A stretch of DNA of 64,000 nucleotides from Azolla caroliniana (GCA_043228905.1 JBHGNT010000007.1:9176001-9240000); one strand, 5' to 3'. Numbered from the stretch's first letter, positions 24,501 through 38,133 are shown. Made by a program: numbers and translations. Notes: a model not told the origin generated them from the sequence alone.

Positions 24501-27311
24501 GATGGATCACTATTTTCTTATGGTACTAAAGAAGGACTGTTTCAAGATGAGACATCATATTCATTGAAAAGCCTTTCTTATCCAAGTTTCTGGATCCAAG
24601 CACTTTTAACTGATTCCTCTAAGACTATCATACTAGCCTTAGATGCTGAAGGAAGATTGCAGATTGGTTCCCACCTTATTTCTACTGATTGTACAAGCTT
24701 CACTGTCCACAGTACATCTATTGGGGCAAAAAAAGTAAGCCATGTACTGTACACTACAAAACAAGATCTTCTTCACATTATCAACCTCGGGGAAGCTTTC
24801 GAGGCTGACTTATCTAGCAGAATAATGCAAGATCTATCAAATCTTTCCTTGAAAAAGAAAGATGAACCAATGTCCCTTCAAAATCCTTACAGGAAGTCAT
24901 TGAAGAAAGACTTTTTGAAGGAGCGGACAATATGGGAGCGGGGTGCGAGGTTGGTTGCATCTATTGGAGGTTCTGGTGCTGCTGTAATATTGCAAACCAT
25001 CCGAGGGAATCTAGAAACAATTTATCCAAGGAATCTTGTTCTTGGATCTATTGTTGCAACCTTGTGTGATTCCAAGTTCAATGAAGCCCTGCTTCTGGCT
25101 AGACGGCATCATATCAATTTAAATCTGATTATAGATTTTAAAGGCTGGGAGGCCTTTGTACAATGCTCTGTGGAGTTTATTAAGCAAGTGAAGAATCTGA
25201 ATTATATCACGGAGTTGATTTGTGCTGTTAGTGCTGGGAATTTTGCAGATAGCATATATCGAGATTTGCTACTTCCATACATGAAGGAAATTGGAGATCT
25301 GAACGTGTCAGCTGAAAATTCTTCAGATTTACAACCAAAAATCCCAGATCAAGGCTTGAAGGTTCGGTCGGTTATGCGTGCGATTAGAAAAGCTCTTGAA
25401 GATGAAGTCATTGCAAGCCCAAAGAGGGAATTATGCATATTAACAACAATGGCAAAGAGTGAGCCCCCTGAGTTAGAAGAAGCTCTGCAAACGATAAAGA
25501 AACTTCGTGAGGAAGAGTTAGACTCTGCAATGGAAGGAGTGGAGAAATCTGCAGAGAGATTGAATGCAGAAGATGCCCTTAAACATCTCTTGTGGCTTTC
25601 AAATCCTGAATCTTTATTCAATGCAGCACTGGGTGTCTATGATCTCCATCTTGCTGCGATGGTTGCAAATAATGCGCAACGTGATCCTAAAGAGTTTCTT
25701 CCTTTGCTTCAAGAACTCGAGCGAATGCCACCACCTGTAATGAGATACACAATAGATCTTAAGTTGCAAAGATTTGAGAGTGCTTTGAAGAATCTTGCAT
25801 CAGCAGGGGATTCTCATTTCAATGAATGTTTGGACTTGCTTAAGAAGAACCCACAGCTATTCCCCCTTGGTAAACAGATTTTTCAGAGTGGACCTGAAAA
25901 GATATTGATCATGGAAGCTTGGGGGGATCATCTATTTGCTAACGAGAAATTTGAAGAGGCAGGAGGTGCTTTTTGTTCTTGTTCTCAACTTGAGAAGGCA
26001 TTGGCTGCATATCGTGCTGGTGGTCTATGGCATTATGTTTTAGTTGTGGGAGGTTTGCTTAGTTTTTCTTCTTCTGAAATGCTAAATTTGGCACAAGAAT
26101 TACGAGATGAACTTCAAGCTCTCGGAAAGCCAGGAGATGCTGCAAAGGTTGCACTAGAATACTGTAAAGATCTTGATGATGCCATAAACCTATTTATTGA
26201 AGCTCGTGAATGGATGGAGGCTGTGAGAGTGGCATACTCCTATGGAAAACCTCACTTCGTAAAGGATGTTATTGAACCGTTGGCTTTGGATTGTGCTGCC
26301 TCGTATGTATCTGAATTTGAAGAAGGCTTGGAGAAATTAGGTAAATATCTTGCGAGGCATAATGCTGTGAAACAGCGAAGATTGCTATTGGAGATAAAAT
26401 TGAAAAATGACGTGCCAGAAGACATTGATGATGATGCTGCATCTGAAGCTAGCAGCAATCTCAGTGGGATGAGTGTTTACACAACTGGGTATGGGTCATA
26501 TAATCAATTCCTATGCTTATGTTTTAAGCTTTAGCCTAAATTAGAGTGAATCTTTATATTCTCTTTGTTGGGTATACAGTAGTACAAAATCTTCCAAATT
26601 CTCGGTTCAGTCAAACCAAAAGCAGAGTAGGGTGAAGTCTCGTAGTGGGAAGATCCGTGCAGGAAGGTATGGATGACTACTTTTTTTGCTTTACTTCTCT
26701 TTATGTTTTCTCATACTGGGCAGCTTGCCATTTGTGGGAATGGAACTCCTGAACTATGGCTTTGTGGTTCAAGTTCTTGCCCTGTAAAATCCATTAGTTG
26801 GGAGTTCAATTTCCCTTCTTGCCTTTACCCTCATTTAGTGGAGGATGATTATTCTTGGTAAAAATACTTGAATAATCTCAACTTTTGGGACACTTAACAG
26901 AGTATCCCTTTGGTAAATATCTCCAAAAGTTGAGGGGTATCTGTGTATTCCCCATCCTTATTTTTCATCTTGATGCCTTCTCTTGTCATTCTTATTCTTG
27001 AATACTGACAAAAAGATTATGACTTGTTGATATTTCATGTGTCTAGTCCTGGTGAGGAGGTTGCTCTTATCGAACATTTGAAAGGCATGGAGCTCAGGGC
27101 TAGCACTCTTGAAGCAATACAGAAGCTGTTGCACACTCTAGTGCTGCTTGGGCATTCTCTCGTGGCAGAAAAATTACAGCATGTAACATTACAGTTTCAA
27201 ACCTCGCAATGGAAAGCAGTTCTTGAAACAGACGATAGTAGTTCAGAAAGCATCAATGTGCCTCAATATCACTGGTTTATGGAAGTACTCAATACCCCTA
27301 GGACAATCTAG
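21490..27311 (+). CDS. ELP1: Elongator complex protein 1 (IKI3/IKAP family), about 1340 aa. Exons 21490-21708, 22029-22325, 23334-26488, 26580-26666, 27047-27311
   Basis: Motifs SSSPDGELLV, SWRSDGKYFATL, VVFFERNGL, NYHWYLKQE, WERGARLV, RGNLETIYPR, AQRDPKEFLP and C-terminal GKIRAGSPGEE. GT-AG introns are in phase. Confidence 0.96.
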
Positions 27312-28369
27312 CTTTCCTCTTATAATTAATCCTAATGATATGAGTGATGAAGATCATTTTAGTAAATTGTTTTATTCTAGAATCTGATGTTTGTATCTGA
27401 TAATCCATATTAAGATATTAGGTATAAAAAGTAGCCACGGTTTACCCATCTCTGGGTCATTAAAATAGGAGATGTTCATGGTATGCGGCTCTCTTGGTTT
27501 GATGCAAGACTTTCAGTTACTGAGTTGTCATTGACGTCGCCTGAATACTGTTTGACATGCATTCATTTGGAGGGATGTGGAATATTAGAAGATTGGGTGA
27601 ATTACGATGCCCTCCCACTTCTGTTGCTGCCATTTCCTTCGATGTTTCATATCCATTATGTATAATTACTTGGTGTTGTATATTTCAGATTAGGTGGATG
27701 AGGTGCACTAGGGGATGAAAAGTGTGTTTGGAAAGATCAATATGGTGAGATCTTAACATATAATAAATAGTGAGGGGATTGGCTCTTCAGCAATGAAGAC
27801 AAGAAATTAAGAAAAAGATTTGTGCTAACAAGATACTTTCATTGGGTTGGAAACAAATTAACAAATGGTGTTGACAATAGCCTATCCTCATCATTGATCA
27901 TTATGAATGCGGAGTATGTTTCCTGTTAACTATTTTCCTTAAATGAACATTTGCTAAGTGTATTGACTTTAAGTTAAAAGATACTGATGCTGTAATAATG
28001 TCGAAGAAACTGTAGTTCCTTTCATCCTAATCTCACAGTTGCGAATTTGTGAGTATTGCTAAATAGATTTGTGCAAATTGCTATGGAAATAGATTATTTT
28101 CCTACTTTTGTAAAATACAAGAGCTCAGTTTGTATGATGGAGGATACCAGATAAATGTTAAGAGGAGAGTAATAATATGAAATGTAAAGCATTGATTCAC
28201 TCTGAACTTGTTCTTGTTTATAAAGTGAAATTAAGTGTTAGAAACAATGGCTTCCTACACATGTTAATATTTTCAATCAAACTTCATGCTTAGTTTTCTT
28301 ATTTTACTTAAGCTTTCAAGTTTGCTCGAGTATTACTCGCCTTGATAATATTAGCAAGCCACCTTATTG

Positions 28370-28759
28370 ACTTGAACACCAGCATCTCAATTGCTAATAC
28401 ATTCTTCATTCTTTGTGTGATCAAATCACAGATCTGCATGTTCTTCGTAAGACATCGGCACATCTTCAGATGTAATGATTTACCAACTTCTCACCACTGT
28501 CACATAAAAAAAATCTCTTCAGCATCTACACTGGCTTGTCATTGTGTTGCTCTACCACTTGAACAATAGTCTCATAGTTTCACATGAGTTTCTTCAGGAT
28601 TTTCTCCATTATAGGGTAAAACCTATAATAGTGTTTTAGACAGCAGAAACTTCAATATTTGTGAGAGCATGATTCTTTATCAAAAAATGAACGCAACTGC
28701 TATCAATCCACTAACTCCTTAGTGCCTTGTGTACCTGATTTTTCATTCCCTTAGCTTGC
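28370..28759 (-). pseudogene. Decayed E2/E+/DYW-like segment downstream of the PPR stop codon
   Basis: Broken minus-strand frames give S*WIDSSCVHF (about 28720-28685), FLCDSGEKLV (about 28510-28481) and LTKNMQICD (28451-28425), in the order of the SWIE..VH.F, LxxHSEKLA and KNLRxCxDC motifs. Confidence 0.5.
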
Positions 28760-31012
28760 TTAAATCATGCCACTCCCTAGATATATATTTTCCATGGATA
28801 TATATGCTGCAACACACCTTTCATCCAACTCTACTGATTTATGAAAGGCCCATCTCCCAAGCTTCACATTCACCCACTTGCAACAAGCACCCAATATAGC
28901 TAGCAATTGTGGAAGACGGTCTGAAGATGACACCTTCTCAAGCACAACTTTCGCCTTCTCAAAATGTCCAGCACGGCCAAATAGATCAATCATACATGTA
29001 TAGTGCTCATGTGTCGGAGTGAGGGAATACGCAGCACACATATCATCAAACAAAATTTCTCCTTCCTTTAATAGGCCCGAATGAGTGCAAGCCATAAGCA
29101 AAACAAGGAAAGTGACTGTATCAGGCATGACATCTTCTGCCCGCATTTTTTTGAACAAATCTAAAACCACTTTAGCTTGACCTAATTGGGCATACCCTGA
29201 TAATAATGCAGTCCAAGTTATTGTATTTCGGACTGGAAGCTTCCTGAATATATCTTGAGCTTTTTTGGGTGCACCACATTTTGCATACATATCTACTAAT
29301 GAAGTTCCAAGGACAACATCTTCTCGCAATAGCCCTTGCTTTCTGATTTCAACATCTATAAGTTCCCCAATCTCAAGAGATCCTACAATTCCACAAGATT
29401 TCAAAACACAAATATATGTTATTACATTTGGCATGGCCCCCTCATCTTGCATATGCTTGAATAATTTTACAGTTTCATCCCCAAGACCATGTTGGTTGTA
29501 TCCGGCCAACAATGCATTCCAAGTCACAACATCACGAATTGAAAGATGTTCAAATACTTCTTGGGCTTTTTGGATGACACCACACTTTGCATACATGTCG
29601 ATCAAGGCATTACTGAGGGTAATGTCCTTTCCCAATAGTCCTCGGGTTCTGATTTTTGTATATATGTCTTCCCCTACCTCAAGGTTTCTTAGCATCCCAC
29701 AAACTTTCAAAATGCAAGTATAAGTTGCTACATTGGGAAGGACACCCTCATCATGCATATTGTTAAAGCATTCCAAGGCTTCATCACATAGCCCTTCTTG
29801 GGTATATCCAGATATAAGTGCATTCCAACAAACAACGTCATGGACACGAAGTTGTCCAAATACTTCCCTTGCTTTTTCAAGAACACCACACTTGGCATAC
29901 ATATCAACCAGTGCAGTGCCAAGCAAAATGCTATTTTGCAATAGATCTCGTTTTCTGACTTCAGTATTGATAGATTCTCCTATATCAAGTGACTTTACAA
30001 TGCCACAAGCTTTTAAGACACAAATAAATGTTACTGTATTCGGGGAGATACCCTCATCTTGCATTTGCTTGAAACATTTCAATGCTTCTTCACCATGTCC
30101 ATTTTGGGCATATCCAGCAATCAATGCCGTCCATGAAACAACATTTCTAGTAGGAAGTTCGTCAAATAGTTCTCGTGCTCGATCAAGTGCACCGCATTTA
30201 GTGAACATATCCACCAATGTGTTGCCAATCATTGCATACTTCTGCAATAACCTTTTCTCTCTAATCTCACCATATATTCTCTCTCCGATCTCAAGAGAGC
30301 CAATTAGTCCACAAGCTTTTACAATGCAAATATAAGTGACCTTGTCAGGTGTGATTCCATGGTTTCTCATATCTAGGAAACGTTTTAAAGCCTTGTATCC
30401 GTGACCATGCTGGACATATCCACTTATCAATGCATTCCAAGTTATGACATTTCTCACTAAAAGTTGTTCAAACACTTCTTCTGCTTCTTTCAAAGCACCA
30501 CATCTAGCATATGTGCTAAGTATAGCAGTGCCGATATAGATATCCTTTATAATCAACCCATTTTTGGTGAGATTACCATGGATCCTTCGAGTTTTGCATA
30601 GGTCTTTCTCACTCCCACATTGTTTGATAAGGTTTAAAAGAGCAAATCTATCTTGAAACTCAAGATTAGGAACATCTTCAACGAGAAGAGTGTCTTGAAA
30701 TAGAACCTCTTTTAGCTTGACCTTCACCCAAGGTGAGTTAGAGAAGCCATGCATATACAATGGATTCTTTGTTTGGTTATGTATGAAATCAGGGGGGAAA
30801 GAGATTCTCTGTGATGAAACAAAAACAGATTTTTAACAAAAAAAACAAAAGCATAAAGAAAGCAGGTTTTTCTTTGAGAAAAAAAAAGCAGAGTAGGATG
30901 AAGATGAAGAGATGTCCTTTACCTTTTTGCTTCCATTAACCCAAAATGGAGAAGGGTTTGTGAAGAACTGCTCCTGTGGTGTTGTCTGTGGAAGTGATGA
31001 GGCGATCACCAT
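28760..31012 (-). CDS. PLS-class pentatricopeptide repeat protein (organellar RNA-editing factor type) ending in an E-like domain, about 712 aa. Exons 31012-30923 and 30808-28760
   Basis: Repeated P-L-S triplets (NVVSWTALIAGYAQNG, TFICVLKACG, GTALVDMYAKCG) and terminal HYTCMIDLFGRAG..LGAC. The upstream exon MVIASSLPQ..GSKK splices in phase 0. Confidence 0.92.
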
Positions 31013-31020
31013 TTGGTCAC

Positions 31021-31051
<31 letters not shown>

Positions 31052-31199
31052 TAGCATAGCATAGCATAGCACATGGGAAACTAGACTATGCTCTCTTTTT
31101 TTTGAAAAATGATATCCTTTCATTAGTGTAAACAGTTTACAAGATCTCGATGTCTATACGATCGACAGAGGAAAGAACCTTTCATTAGTGTAAACAATT

Positions 31200-34100
31200 T
31201 ACAAGATTTCTAAGTCTATATGATCGGCGGAGGAAAGAACCATTTTGGAGGGTTAAAGTGCCAGAATGGAGTGCCGTTCTTGGAGATCATGAATGGAGTA
31301 GTTGTCCACACTATAATAAACTCATGACGTTGAGCAGTTTTAGTATCAGAATCTCCAACTATACCATCCCATTGACCCTTCAAAGTATGAACCATGTCCA
31401 ACCAAATATTTGTAACCAATTTAGCTGTTGATGCTTTAACTTGATGGAAAACGAGAGAGCACCGAGCCTTCTAGATGTTATATACAATCGTGCTACTCAT
31501 TATCTCACATATTGGTTGGATTTCCTTCCTTATCCCTGAAAACTATAGAGACAGTAATGGTAGTGCACGAACACTTACAGAATTATTGTAAAATCCATAG
31601 TCCATAGATTCGGTGTTGTAGCGGAAAGTGTAATGAACAAATGACGTCCAAACCACCGTGCCCCATGTGAAAACCAATGGGGAAAAGTGAGCACGACTAG
31701 AAGATACGCCCATCTTGCACAACCATGTGCCAACAGGCAAGGCTCGATGTACATGAAACCACTGTACATGCAATATTTGTTGTGGCTATTTTCTTGCCCA
31801 TAGGTTAACCCGGAAATTTCCAAGGAACTGGGGAGTAATACTTTGTTGATTCCAATATTGAAATGCAGATGGTAACACATCCTCTCTGTCCGAAAGGAGA
31901 AACTAGACTATGTTAGGAACTCCAAACAAGAACAAAACATGGGGCAACCAACACTCATTAGCTTCTTACGTGTGTGTGGCGTGGTCATCAAACTTCACTC
32001 TATACCACATAATGGTTGCATGACATGACTTTGGATTCATGGGTGCCAAAAGGTCGTGCCTAGCACTAACAATATTTGTGGTGTCCAAGTTTTGTAATGT
32101 TCAATCATATTCAAGAAATCGATATGAATTGTTTGTGGAAGTCAAATATCTCTCCTTAGCAATTCAACATGGTTGTAGGTGTTCTTCAGAGTTAGTGAGA
32201 TATTCTTGCAGATTTCTCCACGATAACACTAAGATAGTAGTTGTGGCCATTTGGAGCCATGGGGTTTTGAATATCTTAAGAACGTATCTCTAGAGGTCCA
32301 TTACATCTATTGTTGATGTCAAGCTGTATGTGTTGGAAAGAGATGTTCACACCTTTGCAAACCCTACAAATTGCAAGTCAAGCCTATTACTAGTTCAATT
32401 GAAGATGAGATACTTATTGTGTTTGAACAAAAGTTTGAATAAAGGTCAAAATAATTATTCAATGTATGAGCGTGATCTATTCTATATCATCCATGTGAAA
32501 CATTGGCACAATTATCTCTGTGGCTCTATATTTGAGAGTTTGAACTTTACCACGACTATATAAAGTGGTTTGTTAATAAACGAGGCTAAGGGGTTGAAAT
32601 ACTTCATGATGTGGACCAGACACTAGATTATTGATAGGTGTTAATTCATGGGTTTGTGTTTGAACAAAAGTTTGAATAAAGGTCAAAATAATTATTCAAT
32701 GTATGAGCGTGATCTATTCTATATCATCCACGTGAAACATTGGCACAATTATCTCTGTGGCTCCATATTTGAGAGTTTGAACTTTACCACGACTATATAA
32801 AGGTGTTTGTTAATAAACGAGGCTAAGGGGTTGAAATACTTCATGATGTGGACTAGACACTGCATTATTGATAGGTGTTAATTCATGGGTTTGTGTTTGA
32901 ACAAAAGTTTGAATAAAGGTCAAAATAATTATTCAATGTATGAGCGTGATCTATTCTATATCATCCACGTGAAACATTGTCACAATTATCTCTGTGGCTC
33001 TATATTTGAGGGTTTGAACTTTACCACGACTATATAAAGTGGTTTGTTAATAAACGAGGCTAAGGGGTTGAAATACTTCATGATGTGGACTAGACACTGG
33101 ATTATTGATAGGTGTTAATTCATGGGTTTGTGTTTGAACAAAAGTTTGAATAAAGGTCAAAATAATTATTCAATGTATGAGCGTGATCTATTCTATATCA
33201 TCCATGTGAAACATTGGCACACTTATCTTTGTGGCTCTATATTTGAGAGTTTGAACTTTACCACGACTATATAAAGTGGTTTGTTAATAAACGAGGCTAA
33301 GGGGTTGAAATACTTCATGATGTGGACTAGACACTGCATTATTGATAGGTGTTAATTCATGGGTTTGTGTTTGAACAAAAGTTTGAATAAAGGTCAAAAT
33401 AATTATTCAATGTATGAGCGTGATCTATTCTATATCATCCATGTGCAACATTGGCACAATTATATTTGTGGCTCTATATTTGAGAGTTTGAACTTTACCA
33501 CGACTATATAAAGTGGTTTGTTAATAAACGAGGCTAAGGGGTTGAAATACTTCATGATGTGGACTAGACACTGCATTATTGATAGGTGTTAATTCATGGG
33601 TTTGTGTTTGAACAAAAGTTTGAATAAAGGTCAAAATAATTATTCAATGTATGAGCGTGATCTATTCTATATCATCCACGTGAAACATTGGCACACTTAT
33701 CTCTGTGGCTCTATATTTGAGAGTTTGAACTTTACCACGACTATATAAAGTGGTTTGTTAATAAACGAGGCTAAGGGGTTGAAATACTTCATGATGTGGA
33801 CTAGACACTGCATTATTGATAGGTGTTAATTCATGGGTTTGTAAAGGATGTCCCTCATAGGGTAGTGCACTTTAATTGACTAAGAGGGTGGAGCTATTTC
33901 CTCACATGGGTGTGTCTAGTCCAGTAGGAGACATTGATGAAATGTGACTTGTTCTCTCACGCAAGGCTAATCATTGAAGCAACCAAACATGCAATGAACA
34001 CCTAATTAAAGAGCACAAATATGTGCTACACATTAGTAGAATAACAACACACTCAATTATTTCTAACGTGAAGGTCATTAAAACTCTTTATATAGGCTTC

Positions 34101-34330
34101 ACACCTCCATTGCCCTTAGACATACGTCCCTTTCCTCATGAATGAGTCATACTTTGGTAATCTTAACTTGAAAAGTGAATGATTAGATGCGTATTGGGCG
34201 TGCGCCCAAGTGGGTCAAATGTTCACAAACAATCGATAGTCTCATTGCATTGTGCATGATGTTGTGGACAATTGGAAATAGTCCCACACTTATTATAGAC
34301 TTGCTCATTCCCTACAACATTCGTACAAAG
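31200..34330. mobile_element. Highly degenerate Gypsy pol remnants; the RNase H region is amplified as a tandem array
   Basis: ORF 32330-32563 reads KSLNKGQNNYSMYERDLFYII..KHWHNYLCG, resembling the RNase H motif NY..YEKELLA..WRHYL.G. Boundaries are uncertain. Confidence 0.55.
32418..33839 (+). repeat. Tandem array of 6 x 237 bp, near-identical copies, derived from Gypsy RNase H
   Basis: Units start at 32418, 32655, 32892, 33129, 33366 and 33603, with only a few substitutions between copies. Confidence 0.97.
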
Positions 34331-34636
34331 ACGAAGTGGATCTCTTTCTCACAGATTTCCTAGTCGAAGGTTTAGGAAACACTTTTACCTATTTGGATAG
34401 ATTTCATGCACCCTATCCAGCAATGCCTATTTTCTCCAATAGACAAGATTTTAGGCACTCTAGACCATTTGGACGGCCCACAATAGTAAGGTCTTTGATC
34501 GAAACCGACGACACGAAGTCAGCTTCTTTAAGCAATCCCTCTCAACAATGTCTGTTTGATTGTCTGCAACTTAGAGACATCGCACTACAAATTTACACTC
34601 TTTACTTTGAGTGATTTATGGTATCTTTGTTTGACC

Positions 34637-34708
34637 AACACCTTATCGGATTTGAACTGATGACTTATGCCTTACCATGGCGCTACTTCACCGTTGAGTT
34701 AAAAGGGA
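34637..34708 (-). pseudogene. trnT-GGU: Plastid-type trnT-GGU relic (probable NUPT)
   Basis: Minus strand TCCCTTTTAACTCAACGGTGAAGTAGCGCCATGGTAAGGCATAAGTCATCAGTTCAAATCCGATAAGG closely resembles land-plant plastid trnT-GGU (recalled, not searched). Acceptor and T stems carry mismatches. Confidence 0.8.
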
Positions 34709-35577
34709 CCTAGATTTATTTATCTATTCTATAGTTATTCGAGTTTAGACCATGTTCTGCTTCTCCACTTTGGACCCTATAGTGGTAATAGAGAGATAGG
34801 ATAAATTATTCAAAAATTCTTTACTTTGTTACGTGATGCAATGTAACTATAGGTTGAGATTTTCTTTAAATAGTCATACTTTTTTAGTATTAGTATCTAT
34901 TCTATTTGCAGATGAGAAAACTTTTAGGGTAAGCTCGATAGGGGGCATGACCTAGTGCACCAACAAGAGAGAAAGAATCTGTGGTTCCTTTGTGGAGACA
35001 ACATTTGAACCTGTACACTCTTTACTTTGAGTGCTTTTAAGTTCTAAGCTTTGTAGTGTCTGATCGACACTTTGTACACTTCTCTTTGTGGGTTTTCACA
35101 CCACTTTGAGGTTTCCCACTAGTAATAAAATTGTTACTAAAACAAAGAGAGTTATTAAAATGTCTATCACAAATCTACTTTTATCTCACAATGTTTAAAG
35201 AGGAGTACCCGAAAGAGTTATAATGTGACGGGATAGGAGAAAAACAAACCGGAAAAAATCGATGCCCATATATATGAAGAAGGGATAAAAGACAAGGACA
35301 AATGCGAGTCTGAAAAGGGAAACGCAAAAGCAAAAGCTTGAAAGCACAAGGAGTAAGAAACACGTGACAATAGGATAAGAAAGTGTAAGAAAAAGCTAAA
35401 AATGATTAGGACGTTACAAACACACACAAAAACATGCATATTTATAAAAGACATGAGAAAGGAGTAGGATAATGGAAGTGTAAGAAAAAGATAAAACTGA
35501 TTAGCAGGACCGGTTTCTGAGAGACAAAAAAACACGAGAAAGAAGAGAAGAGGTAGAGACACAAGAGCTAGAGATAG

Positions 35578-38133
35578 ATGAAGATGAGAGAGCTGCTCGT
35601 GGTGGTATTAGTTCTTGTGTTATCTTCTTTCCCAACTTCGACATGGTCGTATCGCCGTCTAAATTCGGGTCCAGCTCGGGGTTCCGCTTCTCGCCATGCC
35701 TGTGAATCATCATCTTCGGACGGGACACTGGTGGTATTCGGGGCATCCATGGTGGATGTGGGGGAGAACGCGGAGGCCATGCCCCTACGTTCGGAGGCTG
35801 AGTTCGCTCCCTATGGCCTTGATTACTTCCACCGGCCTGCCGCACGATTCAGCAATGGCCGTCTCCTCATCGATTTCTTGTGTAAGTGTATACAAACTAG
35901 GTTTCCTTGTTGTAAATGAGGCCATGGATGACAAGGTCCAAATACATACATATACATACATACATACATACATGTGTGTAATATAAGTTTTGTTGGTCCT
36001 TCCATCATCAATATTATCGACAATTTTGTGATGTGCCGCGACAAGGCCTGATTTTATGATTATATGCATATTTTTTTATCTATCATGATGTTTCTTTTGT
36101 CGCGGGGTTGGTGCCGCAGCTCAAGGATTGGGCTATGGGCTTTTGGACCCTTTCTTGAAATCAATTGACCCCGATTTCTCCCATGGTGTCAATTTTGCAT
36201 CATCTGGATCATCGGCAAGGAACACAACCGTAGTGGGGACTGGTACAAGTAGTAGTGGCTTGTTCTCTCTCGATGTACAAATTGATCAATTTCGAAATTT
36301 CAAGGAGAAGGTTCTACATGCTCAATCCAAACACAGTGGTAGGGACGAAGAATAGATTAACTTGTACATAAAGAGTTGTATGCATATATATCTAGAGAGT
36401 TGTGTGGATTGTGCATTAAAACACAAAGTAAAAGCATTTCCACCTCATATATTTATGCATCACACAATCATTAACTGGTTGGATTCTTGCCACACAAACA
36501 CAAGATGCACAATGACTTGATTAGCAAAACTACTTATTTGTTGTTTTGTAGGATCTCTTAAAAGATTACCGAGTACCAATGGATTTTCGAATGCCATTTA
36601 TTTCATCGAGACTGCCCATAATGATTATATCTCAACCTTTGTTAAATCTTTGAACTTTGATCCTCTTTCTCTTGTGGCCTCTGTCATCTCCGCAATGGAG
36701 GGTGGAATTAGGGTATGCTTGATGTGTGCACTCAAAAAGTCTTTTGAACTAGTACAAAATTCCATTTATTTTGTTTTTTACTTCAAAACATACCATTGCT
36801 ATTTCATAGTCTCATAATTAGCTTTCTCAAAATTCAGCAAAAGCATAGACCAAATAAAGTACGCTTGCTTATTTTCAAAACTACCATAATAATAAATTCC
36901 ATGAAATTGGGAAATTATGTAGCAATTTGGCTAGGTTTCATTGAAAAACTCTGCTTTCTTTTGGGGGGGGGGGGGGGGGCATAGTTATTAAATGTCTAGC
37001 ATGTAAACATCTTTCGGTAATTTGTCTCGCTAGAAAAACAGGGGCATACACACTTTTTAACCTTGTTCAAAATAAAATGAGATTGTCGAGTTTTCCTAAT
37101 TGTGACACTTAAATGCAACTTTCTCTTATTCATTCTCCATTATTTACTTTTGCACTTTGTGCACTTGAAAACTTATGGAAACTAACTCTGTAGTAGTTTG
37201 CTTGTTCACTATGTCCATGTAGGAATTGCACAATCTAGGAGCCAATACAATCATAGTTATGAATGTGATACCGTTAGGGTGCACTCCGGGATTCCTATCT
37301 TTCTTAACTAGTTCCAATTCCAATGGGACACTTGATGAAGATGGTTGTCTGGCTTCAATCAATAACATTGTGGATCTCCATAATATGCAACTCCAACACT
37401 TGATCAACAAGTTGAGGGCAGAGCTTTTGTTGTCGAATCTTGTGGTTTTTGATGCCAATGCCATCTATCGGAATGCAATCCATCATCCATCTAAATATGG
37501 TATTTTGATCTCAACTTTTGTTGTTGGAACAATATCATTTACCCTCTGATAGAAAAAGACTAAGAGTTATTTATTTGTAGATACAATATACAATAATAGT
37601 GGTAGTAGCATTATATACCTTCCATATAGTAACATTTCCTTTGAGAATCAAATATCTTAATTCATAACCATGGCTAGAAACTTGAAAGGTGATATGGGTT
37701 GTACATGAACCACATGAATGTAAACAAAAAGGCAACATGTTTAGAAAAGTTCAAAATATAAGGCTACACAAACTTGATGATTTATTTGGTATATTTATGG
37801 CCTAGTTGTTGATCAATAAAGAATAGTATGGGGCATAATTTGTCTTGCTTTTATGATCCATAATTTGTGTGCATAGGTGTGAAATATCCATTCAAATCTT
37901 GTTGTGGAGCTGGTGGGGATTACAATTTCATAAGTTCCATACCATGCGGTACCAAGGGGATATTGAATGGACAAGAACTTGAGGCAACACGATGTGAGGA
38001 CCCTTCACAATACATTAGTTGGGATGGACTTCATCCGGTTGAGACTTTTGCAAAACACCTAGCTAATGGAGTGTTAAATGGAAAGCACCTTAGACCGCAT
38101 ATTTCTATTAAGGAAAAATTATGCAAACCATAA
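35578..38133 (+). CDS. GDSL/SGNH esterase-lipase with signal peptide, about 405 aa. Exons 35578-35881, 36120-36338, 36552-36712, 37223-37499, 37877-38133
   Basis: Hydrophobic N-terminus. Block I FGASMVDVGEN, RFSNGRLLIDF, GVNFASSGS, block III ETAHNDY, PLGCTP, CCG, block V WDGLHP. Typical five-exon structure. Confidence 0.93.

Noticed and set aside
29265-30335. Long plus-strand ORFs opposite the PPR gene
   Set aside because: They are antisense shadows of the repetitive PPR coding sequence.
32418-33839. Regular array considered as CRISPR-like or as a repeat-protein CDS (237 bp = 79 codons)
   Set aside because: There are no unique spacers and no cas genes, the context is eukaryotic, and the ORF track shows no frame running through the units.
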